From assembly GCA_902595375.1 (NCBI GenBank), contig CACJPW010000002.1, positions 13,745-77,744 of the forward strand: a stretch of DNA of 64,000 bases, given 5' to 3'. Positions 1-9,598 of the stretch are shown here, piece after piece; positions within the stretch are counted from its first letter, which is position 1, and every line of letters begins with the position of its first letter. The DNA comes from an uncultured Pelagibacteraceae bacterium. GTDB taxonomy: Bacteria > Pseudomonadota > Alphaproteobacteria > Pelagibacterales > Pelagibacteraceae. The position numbers were made by a program, and so were the translations under genes. The notes under the pieces are model-generated. The model searched no databases. It had not been told where the DNA came from and was given only the letters and a program-made list of their open reading frames with translations.

Positions 1-347
1 AAAGATCAGCTGAAATGATTTACGGATTGAGAAATTTTATAGGTAATGCGATTAAATTTTCGAAAAGTAAAGTTAATATTTTCTTAGTAAGCAATGATAA
101 AGAAATTAAAATCACAGTTAATGATGACGGGCCAGGATTTCCTAAGGACATTATAAATAAATTAGGGGAACCGTATATCAAATCTAGATCATTGGAATTA
201 GATTCTAACTCAGGTTTAGGCCTAGGAACTTTCTTGGGTAAAACTTTATTAGAAAGACAAAACGCTAGACTTTTATTTAAAGATGATAAAAATTTAGGTG
301 GTGCGTCGGTAGTAATTAGCTGGTCTCCTAAAAATATTTTACTATAA
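1..347 (+). CDS. regB: RegB/PrrB/ActS-family sensor histidine kinase, C-terminal HATPase fragment (5' end outside window)
   Basis: N box (GLRNFIGNAIKF), G1 (DDGPGF), GEPY and G2 (GLGLG) motifs typical of RegB; frame open to window start; regA nearby. Confidence 0.8.
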   Translation, partial: RSAEMIYGLRNFIGNAIKFSKSKVNIFLVSNDKEIKITVNDDGPGFPKDIINKLGEPYIKSRSLELDSNSGLGLGTFLGKTLLERQNARLLFKDDKNLGGASVVISWSPKNILL

Positions 348-356
348 ATGTAAGGC

Positions 357-1403
357 TTATTTTGGCTCTTGTTGCGTTAAACAATGAATTGCTCCAAATC
401 CCCAAATTAATTCAGAACAATTTATTGGAATAATTTTTCTATTTTTAAATTCTTTTTTAAAAATTTCGAATACGATTTTATCTTTTGGATCATTAAATGT
501 AGGTAACAAAACAAATTTATTTAGTATATAAAAATTAAGATATGATGCTGGAACTCTCACTTTATTTATATAAATAGGACTTGGCATTGGAATTTTTTTA
601 ATTTTGATTTTCGAGGAATTAATTTTGATTTTTTTCAAAATATTAAAGTTTTCATTAAGATTCTTATAATTTTTATCTTTTTTATTATTTTCAAAGGCGA
701 GAAAAACCTTATTAGAACTTACAAACCTCGCTATATCATCAACGTGACCATGAGTATCATCTCCTACAATTCCTTTATTTAACCAAATAACCTTTTTTAC
801 TCCAAAAAATTTTTGAAAGATGTGATCATAATCTTTTATTTTTAAAAAAGAATTTCTTTGTTGAATCTTACTTAATAAGCATTCTTTTGTAGTGATAAGT
901 AAACCTTGTCCATTAACATCGATCGATCCTCCCTCAAGAACAATTGATTTTTTATTAAATTTAGGACTAATAATCTTTCCTTTAAAATAACTTTTTATTC
1001 TCAAATTGACTTTATTATCTGCGCTGTAATTTTTGTATTTAGCCCAACCATTAAATTTCCAATTTAATAAAACATTTTTATTTTTTTTAGTTTTAGCAAA
1101 TATTGGCCCTGTATCTCTCATCCATACTCTATTTGTTTTACAGGTTATAAATTTTACATTACGTATTTTTGCATCATTTTTCAGGAGCATCTTTTTAATT
1201 GTATTTTTGGAACTGTAGTTTTTAATTAAAAGATTTACCTTCTGAGACAAGGTAATTTTAGAAATTATTTTGGCAAATACCATGGGAATATTCTTAAATT
1301 TACCCGGCCAATCATTTTTATTGTAAGGCCACCCTATTAATGTAGATTTCTGTTTTTCCCACTCAGCTGGCATTCTGAAAAGGGAAATTGTCTTTCTAGG
1401 CAT
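357..1403 (-). CDS. aguA: Agmatine deiminase (PAD family)
   Basis: MPAEWE, WMRDTGP, LEGGSI, DDTHGHVD, GAIHCLTQQ motifs. Confidence 0.93.
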   Translation of the reverse strand: MPRKTISLFRMPAEWEKQKSTLIGWPYNKNDWPGKFKNIPMVFAKIISKITLSQKVNLLIKNYSSKNTIKKMLLKNDAKIRNVKFITCKTNRVWMRDTGPIFAKTKKNKNVLLNWKFNGWAKYKNYSADNKVNLRIKSYFKGKIISPKFNKKSIVLEGGSIDVNGQGLLITTKECLLSKIQQRNSFLKIKDYDHIFQKFFGVKKVIWLNKGIVGDDTHGHVDDIARFVSSNKVFLAFENNKKDKNYKNLNENFNILKKIKINSSKIKIKKIPMPSPIYINKVRVPASYLNFYILNKFVLLPTFNDPKDKIVFEIFKKEFKNRKIIPINCSELIWGFGAIHCLTQQEPK

Positions 1404-2271
1404 CTTTTGGATTTTTAAGTAGTCCTTTATAATAGTCTATTCTTCTATCTCTAAAAAAAGGCCAATGTTGTCTAGAGGTTTCTACTTTTTTAAAATCAAT
1501 CTCACAAATTAAAATATTTTCTTTTAAACTTGCTTTTTTAACGACGTTACCACTTGGATCAAATATTATACTATTCCCCCAGAACTCTATTTTCTTATTA
1601 CCTTGTTTTTCAGTTCCAACTCTATTTACTGCAGCAACATATATACCATTAGCTATTGCGTGAGATCTCTGAATTGAAAGCCATGAGTTGAGCTGTGACT
1701 TGCCAAATTTCTTTTTTTCTTTTGGGTGCCATCCAATAGCAGTTGGATAAAAAATAATTTCTGCTCCTTTAAGCGCTGTTAATCTGGCTGCCTCAGGAAA
1801 CCATTGATCCCAGCAAATTAAAGTTCCTAAATTTCCTTTTGAAGTTTTAAAAGATTTAAAACCTAAATCTCCAGGTGTAAAATAAAACTTTTCATAAAAT
1901 TGAGGATCGTCTGGAATGTGCATCTTTCTATATTTACCTAAAAGTTTACCTTTTTCGTTAATTACTATGCTACTATTATGATAAAGCCCAGAAGTTTTCT
2001 TCTCAAACAGTGAAATTATTAAAATAACTTTGAGTTCTTTAGCAATTTCAGAAAATAAATTACTGGTAGGTCCTGGTATTTTTTCAGCAAATTTAAAGTT
2101 TTTGTGACTTTCAACCTGACAAAAATATTTTGTTAAGAAAAGCTCCGGTAGACAAATAACTTTTGCACCTTTTTTTGCTGCAGTATTAATCTTGTTAATA
2201 GCTTTATGAATATTTTTTTTAGGGTCAGACGACATTTTCATCTGCACTAATGCTATCTTTGTTTTACTCAT
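1396..2271 (-). CDS. aguB: N-carbamoylputrescine amidase (carbon-nitrogen hydrolase)
   Basis: Nitrilase triad motifs LPELF, YRKMHIP, ICWDQWFPEAAR; overlaps aguA. Confidence 0.9.
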   Translation of the reverse strand: MSKTKIALVQMKMSSDPKKNIHKAINKINTAAKKGAKVICLPELFLTKYFCQVESHKNFKFAEKIPGPTSNLFSEIAKELKVILIISLFEKKTSGLYHNSSIVINEKGKLLGKYRKMHIPDDPQFYEKFYFTPGDLGFKSFKTSKGNLGTLICWDQWFPEAARLTALKGAEIIFYPTAIGWHPKEKKKFGKSQLNSWLSIQRSHAIANGIYVAAVNRVGTEKQGNKKIEFWGNSIIFDPSGNVVKKASLKENILICEIDFKKVETSRQHWPFFRDRRIDYYKGLLKNPKDA

Positions 2272-2276
2272 TATGT

Positions 2277-3323
2277 CTAATTGAATAAATTTTGAAAATT
2301 TCTTTTTTGTCTTGCTTGCCAGTATTTACGATGAAAGGCATCGCTTGCTATTAAGGGCAATACACTAGTAGCTTCAGCAAATACCATTTGTTCCTTCGTA
2401 ACATCCACTTTACCCCAAGAGCTTGCTTCTTTTAAAGTAGAACTACTACAAGCTCCATCTCTCGTATCTGCAACTGTTATTTGAATTGCGTATTTATGCA
2501 TATCAACTTTTTTACCTAATAACTCCGCACAAACTACTGTATCTTGAATAAAATTTTTAGGCACTCCACCTCCAACCATTAATAAACCTGATTGTTTTGA
2601 CTTGAGTTTAATCTCGGTTATTTCTCTAAACTCTCTTATAGAGTCTATAGTGATATGACTTTTAGGATTTTGTTCCTGGTGCATTACAAGCCCAAATCCT
2701 GCTGAACTATCTGTGAAAGCGGGACAAAAAATAGGAACATTATTATCATAAGCAGTTTCTATTAATGAGTTTTTTTTCTTTGAATTTATTTTTAAGTATT
2801 TTCCAAGCTCTTTAATAAATTCTCTTGAGGTGTATGCTTTAGGTTTAAGAGAATTAGCAATATCGCATATAGTTTTGTCACATGCTTGGAGCTCCTCTTC
2901 ATCAATATAAGTGTCGTATATCCTATCAATATAATTGTTTCTTAATTCTGTATCGTCTTGAAATTGAGAACCTTGATAATGTTTGAAGCCCAAAGCTTCA
3001 AAAAAATCCATATCAATAATAGAGGCCCCGGTAGCTACAATCGCGTCGACCATATTATATTTTACTAAATCAGTATATAAATCCATACACCCTCCTGCTG
3101 AGGTCGAACCTGCTAAAGTTAAAAAAATTGAACAATCCTTATCTGCAAGCATTTCATTATAAATAGCTGCCGCTCTGGCTGTATCTCTTGAAGTGAAGGA
3201 CATTTTACTCATACCATCAATAATTTTGCGAGCATCAAAAGACTTGATATCAATATGTTCAACTGGGGAATTAAGTAGAGATTTTTTGTTATGTCCAATA
3301 TTTGGACTATTTTTTTTATTCAT
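2277..3323 (-). CDS. speY: Deoxyhypusine synthase-like protein (bacterial SpeY type)
   Basis: DRIYD, PAFTDSSAG, GGGVPKN, DGACSS, EASSWGK (catalytic Lys) motifs; located in a polyamine operon. Confidence 0.8.
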   Translation of the reverse strand: MNKKNSPNIGHNKKSLLNSPVEHIDIKSFDARKIIDGMSKMSFTSRDTARAAAIYNEMLADKDCSIFLTLAGSTSAGGCMDLYTDLVKYNMVDAIVATGASIIDMDFFEALGFKHYQGSQFQDDTELRNNYIDRIYDTYIDEEELQACDKTICDIANSLKPKAYTSREFIKELGKYLKINSKKKNSLIETAYDNNVPIFCPAFTDSSAGFGLVMHQEQNPKSHITIDSIREFREITEIKLKSKQSGLLMVGGGVPKNFIQDTVVCAELLGKKVDMHKYAIQITVADTRDGACSSSTLKEASSWGKVDVTKEQMVFAEATSVLPLIASDAFHRKYWQARQKRNFQNLFN

Positions 3324-4504
3324 TAAGCTACTAAAGAACCAACTTTATCATTTGAATTATCGTACATAGATATAATTGGTTTGTCACTTAATTCATGAAT
3401 TTCGTTTGAATAAAAACCATTAAAGTTTGTTCTGAAAGTAAGACTGTATGCGCCTAGTTGACCTAACTCTACATAGTCACCCTCCTTAATATTATTTGGT
3501 AACAAAAAAGGCCCTTTCATATAATCTAATCCATCACAAGTTGGTCCAAAAAAACTAAACGAAGTCAGTTTTTTAGACTGAACTCTTCCGTCTGTAATCA
3601 TTTTTGATGGTAAAACAAAATTTGGTGCACCAGCGTCAAATAAAGATCCATATGTTCCATCGTTTATGTACAGACTATTTTTTTTTCTTAAAATAACCTT
3701 AACAATTGTAGATCCACTTTCCGCTACAAGGGCTCTTCCTGGCTCACAGATTATTTCAGGTAATTTACCGAGTTTTAAATTATTTAGTTCTTTTTTAATT
3801 TCGTCCATATAATTTATTAATGGCTCAGGATTGAGGTCTGGATAAACAGAGGGGAAACCACCACCAACATTAATTGTGTCCGGGACTATCTTTGTCTTTT
3901 TTATTATATTTCCTATTTCACGTATTCCCTTAGAGTAAGAAATTTTATGCATACATTGTGATCCGACATGAAAACTTATTCCAAGTTTTTTAGAATTATC
4001 TTTACATAACCTAATTAATCCCAAAGCTTCAGATGGAAGAGCTCCAAATTTTCTAGATAAATCTATTTCTGCATGTTCATTTGAAATTGCAATTCTTACA
4101 AATAATTCTAAATCTTTCGCTTGTTTAGTTGCATCTAAAATCTTTTTTAACTCATCTTTGCTATCCAAAGAGAAGCTTTTGACACCATAGTCGAAGTAAG
4201 CTGAAGAAATACTTTGTTTACTTTTAATCGTATGCATGAAGTGTAATTTTGAATCTGATTTAATTTTCTTAATCAGCTTTATTTCATTTAAAGAAGCAAC
4301 ATCAAATTCATTGATACCGTTACTAATTATTTGCTTTATAATTTTTTCGTTAGGATTAGTTTTTACAGCGTAAAGTATTTTTCCTGGAAAATTTTCTTTA
4401 AAAAATCTTACGGATTTTTTAATCTCGTTAAGCCGTATACAATATACGGGGTAATCTGGTTTTAATGAGTTAACTAATTCGTTAACTGTTTTAAATTTTC
4501 CCAT
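3323..4504 (-). CDS. Alanine-racemase-fold (type III PLP) ornithine/lysine/arginine decarboxylase
   Basis: YAVKTN (PLP Lys), FDVAS, SFHVGSQ, NVGGGF, EPGR, GPTCDGLD, GAY motifs. Confidence 0.88.
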   Translation of the reverse strand: MGKFKTVNELVNSLKPDYPVYCIRLNEIKKSVRFFKENFPGKILYAVKTNPNEKIIKQIISNGINEFDVASLNEIKLIKKIKSDSKLHFMHTIKSKQSISSAYFDYGVKSFSLDSKDELKKILDATKQAKDLELFVRIAISNEHAEIDLSRKFGALPSEALGLIRLCKDNSKKLGISFHVGSQCMHKISYSKGIREIGNIIKKTKIVPDTINVGGGFPSVYPDLNPEPLINYMDEIKKELNNLKLGKLPEIICEPGRALVAESGSTIVKVILRKKNSLYINDGTYGSLFDAGAPNFVLPSKMITDGRVQSKKLTSFSFFGPTCDGLDYMKGPFLLPNNIKEGDYVELGQLGAYSLTFRTNFNGFYSNEIHELSDKPIISMYDNSNDKVGSLVA

Positions 4505-4663
4505 TTCATGTGCCCCTCATTTGTTTACACAAAGATCTTTTAAAAAATTTAATAAAAAAAATCTTATTTTTTTAGCGTTTAAGGTTTTTTTATCACTATG
4601 TAAAGAAAAAAAGGACATATTTGTCGTTGAAAACTTGTCGACATTACCTATATATATATTGAT

Positions 4664-5236
4664 ATGAGAGCACAAAAAAACGTTCCAGAGCAGCTAAAAT
4701 TGGCAGACTTTGATGATAAATCGCTTCTTATTTTGGATGATGACGATCCACTAAGAGGGAGGCTTGCAAGAGCGATGGAAAAGAAAGGATTTCAAGTAAA
4801 AGAGGCTAAGACTGTTGCTGAGGGACTACACATTGCCAAAACAGCCCCCACTGGCTTTGCAGTGGTGGATTTGAGACTGGAGGATGGAAACGGTCTTGAT
4901 GTCATAAAAGAACTCTCTAATAATAAAAAGGATTGTAGGATTGTGATGTTAACGGGATACGGGAATCTACCTACAGCTGTGGCAGCCGTCAAAGAGGGTG
5001 CGATAGATTATATTGCTAAACCAGTGGATGCCGATGATGTTGAGTCGGCACTTTTAGCTTCACCGGAGTCCAAAGCACGCCCACCTGAAAATCCTATGTC
5101 AGCTGACAGGGTAAAGTGGGAACACATTCACCGAGTTTTTGAATTGTGTAATAGAAATGTATCAGAAACAGCTAGAAGACTAAAGATGCATAGAAGAACT
5201 CTTCAAAGAATTTTATCTAAAAGATCTCCAAGATAA
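4664..5236 (+). CDS. regA: RegA/PrrA/ActR redox response regulator
   Basis: LTGYGNLPTAVAAVK and PENPMSADRVKWEHIHRVFELCNRNVSETARRLKMHRRTLQRILSKR signature. Confidence 0.96.
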   Translation: MRAQKNVPEQLKLADFDDKSLLILDDDDPLRGRLARAMEKKGFQVKEAKTVAEGLHIAKTAPTGFAVVDLRLEDGNGLDVIKELSNNKKDCRIVMLTGYGNLPTAVAAVKEGAIDYIAKPVDADDVESALLASPESKARPPENPMSADRVKWEHIHRVFELCNRNVSETARRLKMHRRTLQRILSKRSPR

Positions 5237-5238
5237 TA

Positions 5239-5790
5239 TTAAAGAATATTTCTTAATTTTATAATTTTAACAGCTACCAAAGTTGCTATTAATATTTTGA
5301 ATAGTTCAGCTAGTAGAAATGGCTGTACTCCTAATTCAAATACTGGCTTATCCCAACCTATTATCCCTCCCAACCAAAGTATACCTAAAATATAAATAAA
5401 ACTTGTGGCAAATACTAATTTTAAAAAGTTTTTAATCAAATTATTGTCGTAATTAAATTTTCCTGCTAAATATACTGCAACAACGAAACCAATTAAGTAT
5501 CCCATTGTTGGTCCAGTGAAGTAAGCTATACCTAGCCCTTTCTCAGGTGTTCCAGAAAAAACTGGTAGTCCAATAATACCCTCAAATAAATATAAACAAA
5601 CTGTTGCAACACCAAGTTTCCAACCAAATGCAATTCCGATGAATAAAACTACAAAAGTTTGCATGGTCATAGGGACTGGATAAAAAGGAATTTTGATTTT
5701 TGCAGATATTGCAAGCAGTATCGAACCTAATAAAACAATAAATAAGTATTTAATTATTTTTGTTTGTTTTAAACTTTTTACTATCTCCAT
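5239..5790 (-). CDS. bioY: Biotin transporter S-component BioY
   Basis: PVPMTMQT, GLPVFS, GPTMGYLIGF motifs; hydrophobic. Confidence 0.92.
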   Translation of the reverse strand: MEIVKSLKQTKIIKYLFIVLLGSILLAISAKIKIPFYPVPMTMQTFVVLFIGIAFGWKLGVATVCLYLFEGIIGLPVFSGTPEKGLGIAYFTGPTMGYLIGFVVAVYLAGKFNYDNNLIKNFLKLVFATSFIYILGILWLGGIIGWDKPVFELGVQPFLLAELFKILIATLVAVKIIKLRNIL

Positions 5791-5821
5791 AAATTCAATT
5801 TATCTTTTTTTTTAATAAAAT

Positions 5822-6751
5822 CTACTGTTTTGTTAACTGCACAAAAACATCTTCTAAATCACCGTCTTCCGTATAAATATCTTCAATTTTTACATTATTT
5901 TGATTTAGATAATGGACTATTTCTCCAAAATCTAAAGAGTTTTTTTCATAAGTTAATGTTAAAGAATTTTCTGAATTAATTTTAAAATTTATATCTTTCA
6001 TTCTTAATCTCTCACTGAAATTAATATTTTTAACTTTAAAATGTATTTTTTTAGTTTTAATCCTTTCAAGTAAATTTTTGGTTGTATCTAATGCTACTAA
6101 ATTTCCTTTGTTTATAATTGCTATTCTATCACACATTTCCTGAGCTTCAGTCAGATAATGTGTTGTTAATATTATTGTTACACCCTCTTTATTTAATTGC
6201 TTAACATTTTTCCATAAATTATTTCGAAGCTCGACATCAACACCGGCAGTAGGTTCATCCAAAATTAAAATCGGAGGTTGATGAACCATTGCTTTAGCGA
6301 TTAGCAATCTTCTCTTCATACCACCTGATAAACTTCTTGAATAAGCATCTGCTTGCTTTTCTAAAGCTACCATCTTTAAAATTAAATCAGTTATCCTATC
6401 TTTTTTTGTTATACCGTATAATCCAGCCTGCAGTTCGAGTAGTTTCCTTGGACTAAAAAAAGCATCCAAATTCACCTCTTGTGGAACTATGCCAAGTGAG
6501 GCTCTTACTTGACGAGGATTTTTATCTAAATCAAAACCCCATACGTTTATTTTTCCCTTAGTTTTGATAACTGCGCCTCCTAGTATACTTAAGAAAGTTG
6601 TTTTGCCAGCTCCGTTGGGACCAAGTAATCCAAAAACTTCCCCTTCTTTGACCTCAAAATTTAATTCGTTTAAAGCTATGTTTTGTTTTTTAGTTTTAGA
6701 GTTTGAGTAAATCTTTGTTAGATTCTCAACAGTTAATACAAATTTTTTCAT
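5822..6751 (-). CDS. ABC transporter ATP-binding protein (YadG-like)
   Basis: GPNGAGKT, LSGGMKRR, ILDEPTAGVD, TTHY motifs. Confidence 0.9.
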   Translation of the reverse strand: MKKFVLTVENLTKIYSNSKTKKQNIALNELNFEVKEGEVFGLLGPNGAGKTTFLSILGGAVIKTKGKINVWGFDLDKNPRQVRASLGIVPQEVNLDAFFSPRKLLELQAGLYGITKKDRITDLILKMVALEKQADAYSRSLSGGMKRRLLIAKAMVHQPPILILDEPTAGVDVELRNNLWKNVKQLNKEGVTIILTTHYLTEAQEMCDRIAIINKGNLVALDTTKNLLERIKTKKIHFKVKNINFSERLRMKDINFKINSENSLTLTYEKNSLDFGEIVHYLNQNNVKIEDIYTEDGDLEDVFVQLTKQ

Positions 6752-6793
6752 ACTTTTTTATTATTCGATTAGAATTCGTTGTAATATGTATAT

Positions 6794-9559
6794 ATGAGTT
6801 CAGTAAAAAAAACAGACCATTTTTATTTAGTTGATGGTTCGGGATATATATTTCGTGCTTATTATGCTTTACCACCACTTTCCAGAAAAAGTGATGGCCT
6901 TCCTACTGGAGCAGTAAGTGGGTTTTGCTCAATGCTTTTTAAACTTTTAGAAGACGCTAGATCGGATAACTCTAAAAATAAACCTACTCACTTTGCGGTT
7001 ATTTTTGATTCTTCAAGAAAAAATTTTAGGAACGAAATCTATAGTGAGTACAAAGCTAATCGCTCCGAGGCACCTGAAGATTTAGTCCCGCAATTTGAAT
7101 ATATTAGAAAATCAGTAGAGGCATTTAATCTTCCTTCCGTCGAACTTTTAAACTATGAAGCTGATGACTTAATTGCGACCTACTCAAAAAAAATTATTGA
7201 GGCTGGAGCAAAAGTAACTGTAATATCTTCAGATAAAGATTTGATGCAATTGGTTTCAAATAAAATTAGATTGTTTGATCCAATGAAAAGTAAAATTATT
7301 GGAGAAAAAGAAGTTCTAGAAAAGTTTGGTGTGAAGCCCTTACAAGTTATTGATGTTCAATCTCTAGCAGGGGACTCTTCTGACAATATACCTGGTGTAC
7401 CAGGAATTGGTATAAAAACAGCATCTGAACTTATAAACAAGTATAAAAATTTAGAAAATTTATTAAGCAAGGCATCTGAAATTAAACAAAATAAAAGAAG
7501 AGAGACTCTAATAGCTAATAAAGATAAAGCGCTGTTAAGTAAAAAATTAGTTACTCTAAAAGAAAATGTGCCAATTAAAAATAAACTAAGTGAATTTATA
7601 ATTAAAGATATAGATAAAGATAAGTTATATAATTTCTTGAGAGAAATGGAGTTTAATAGATTACTAAGTCAAGCAATTAGTTTTTATGGTGAGCCAGTAA
7701 ATAATGAATTTAATGGAAAAACTAAAATAAAAGAAAACAGTAAGATAAATACTAAAACTTACAAAACTATTTCAAAAGAAAAACAATTGGATGAATTAAT
7801 AAAAAAATTAGATGAGCAGCCAATTATAGCAATTGATACTGAAACATCATCACTCAATCCACAAGAAGCAGATCTAGTAGGTATATCTATATGTTATAAG
7901 CCCAATCAATCTTTCTATATTCCGTTAGGACATTTAGAGAGAACTGAATTAAAAAAAGATTTAGTTTTAAAAAAACTTAAACCTATTTTAGAAGATGCTA
8001 GTATTAAAAAAGTCGGCCAGAATATAAAATATGATTTTATTATATTTAAAAATCATGGCATTGAATTAAGCCCGCTAGACGATACTATGTTACTCTCATA
8101 TACATTAGACGCTGGTAATAATAGGCACAATATGGATATTTTATCTGAATTACATCTAGGACATAAAACTATATCCTACAAAGAAATAGTTGGAACAGGA
8201 AAAAAACAATTAAATTTTTCAGAGGTAGATCTCAAATCCGCCACAGAATATGCTGCTGAAGATGCAGATGTAACTTTAAGATTATATGAAATTCTATCTG
8301 AAAGAGTATCAAGGGAAAAGTTGGAAAAAATTTATGAAGTCTTTGAAAAACCAATGATAAAAATTTTATCAAAATTAGAAACTAGTGGAATTAAAGTAGA
8401 TGATGTCTATTTAAAAAAACTTTCCAAAAAATTTGAGGAAAGATTAATAAAAATTGAAAAAGAAATCTATAAAATATCAGGCAAAAAATTCAATATTGGA
8501 TCACCAAAACAATTAGGAGAAATTATCTATAATGAATTAAAGATAGCAAAATTAAAAAAAACTAAAAAAGGTAGCTTAGCTACTAGCGCTAAAATCTTAG
8601 AGGATTTGGCATTGACTGGTCATAAATTTCCAAACTTGGTTTTAGAATGGCGCCAAGTTTCAAAATTAAAAAGTACTTATACTGATGCTTTGCAAGACCA
8701 TATAAGTAAAAAAACAAAAAGGGTTCATACATCTTTTTTATTAGCGGCAACTAATACTGGTCGGCTGGCTTCGAGTGATCCTAATTTACAAAATATTCCT
8801 ATAAAAACTTCAGACGGTAAAGAAATAAGAAAAGCCTTTGTAGCAGAAAAAAATAATTTACTTATTTCAGCAGATTACAACCAAATAGAAATGAGAATTC
8901 TTGCTGATATGGCTGATGTAAAAGAATTAAAAAAAGCTTTTAAAAATAATCAAGATATCCATTCTCTAACAGCTAGCCAAGTTTTTAATATTCCGCTTAA
9001 AAAAGTAAATGAGGATTTTAGACGAAAAGCAAAGGCAATCAATTTTGGAATTATATATGGGATAACACAATATGGTTTAGCAAAACAAATATCAGTTTCA
9101 AATGAAGAAGCTTTGGGTTTTATTAATGAATATTTTAAAAAATTTCCTGAGATAAAAGATTATATGAATACGACGATAAAAACTTGCAGGAAGCAAGGTT
9201 TTGTCAAAAATATTTTTGGAAGAAGAATTCACTTAAGAGGAATTAATGATAAAAATTTTAGTGTACGAGCATTTCAAGAGAGAGCAGCGATTAATGCACC
9301 TATACAAGGATCTGCTGCAGATATTATAAGGCTAGCAATGATTAAAATTGATAAAATTTTTGAAGAAGAGAAGAAAGCAAAAATGCTTTTACAAATACAC
9401 GATGAACTTATTTTTGAATGTTTAAAAAAAGATGAGAGTGAAGTCAAAAAAATTGTTAAAGAAGCTATGAAGTCTGTTTCAAGTTCGGACCATCATATTT
9501 TTTCAATACCTTTAGAAGTTAGTATTAACTCAGGAAACAACTGGGGAGAGGCCCATTAA
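6794..9559 (+). CDS. polA: DNA polymerase I
   Basis: 5'-3' exonuclease (LVDGSGYIFRAYYA), 3'-5' exonuclease (IDTET), polymerase motifs A (ADYNQIE), B (RRKAKAINFGIIYG) and C (QIHDEL). Confidence 0.98.
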   Translation: MSSVKKTDHFYLVDGSGYIFRAYYALPPLSRKSDGLPTGAVSGFCSMLFKLLEDARSDNSKNKPTHFAVIFDSSRKNFRNEIYSEYKANRSEAPEDLVPQFEYIRKSVEAFNLPSVELLNYEADDLIATYSKKIIEAGAKVTVISSDKDLMQLVSNKIRLFDPMKSKIIGEKEVLEKFGVKPLQVIDVQSLAGDSSDNIPGVPGIGIKTASELINKYKNLENLLSKASEIKQNKRRETLIANKDKALLSKKLVTLKENVPIKNKLSEFIIKDIDKDKLYNFLREMEFNRLLSQAISFYGEPVNNEFNGKTKIKENSKINTKTYKTISKEKQLDELIKKLDEQPIIAIDTETSSLNPQEADLVGISICYKPNQSFYIPLGHLERTELKKDLVLKKLKPILEDASIKKVGQNIKYDFIIFKNHGIELSPLDDTMLLSYTLDAGNNRHNMDILSELHLGHKTISYKEIVGTGKKQLNFSEVDLKSATEYAAEDADVTLRLYEILSERVSREKLEKIYEVFEKPMIKILSKLETSGIKVDDVYLKKLSKKFEERLIKIEKEIYKISGKKFNIGSPKQLGEIIYNELKIAKLKKTKKGSLATSAKILEDLALTGHKFPNLVLEWRQVSKLKSTYTDALQDHISKKTKRVHTSFLLAATNTGRLASSDPNLQNIPIKTSDGKEIRKAFVAEKNNLLISADYNQIEMRILADMADVKELKKAFKNNQDIHSLTASQVFNIPLKKVNEDFRRKAKAINFGIIYGITQYGLAKQISVSNEEALGFINEYFKKFPEIKDYMNTTIKTCRKQGFVKNIFGRRIHLRGINDKNFSVRAFQERAAINAPIQGSAADIIRLAMIKIDKIFEEEKKAKMLLQIHDELIFECLKKDESEVKKIVKEAMKSVSSSDHHIFSIPLEVSINSGNNWGEAH

Positions 9560-9598
9560 TCGCCTAAATTTTGACAATAAGATTAAGAGAATAAACTT

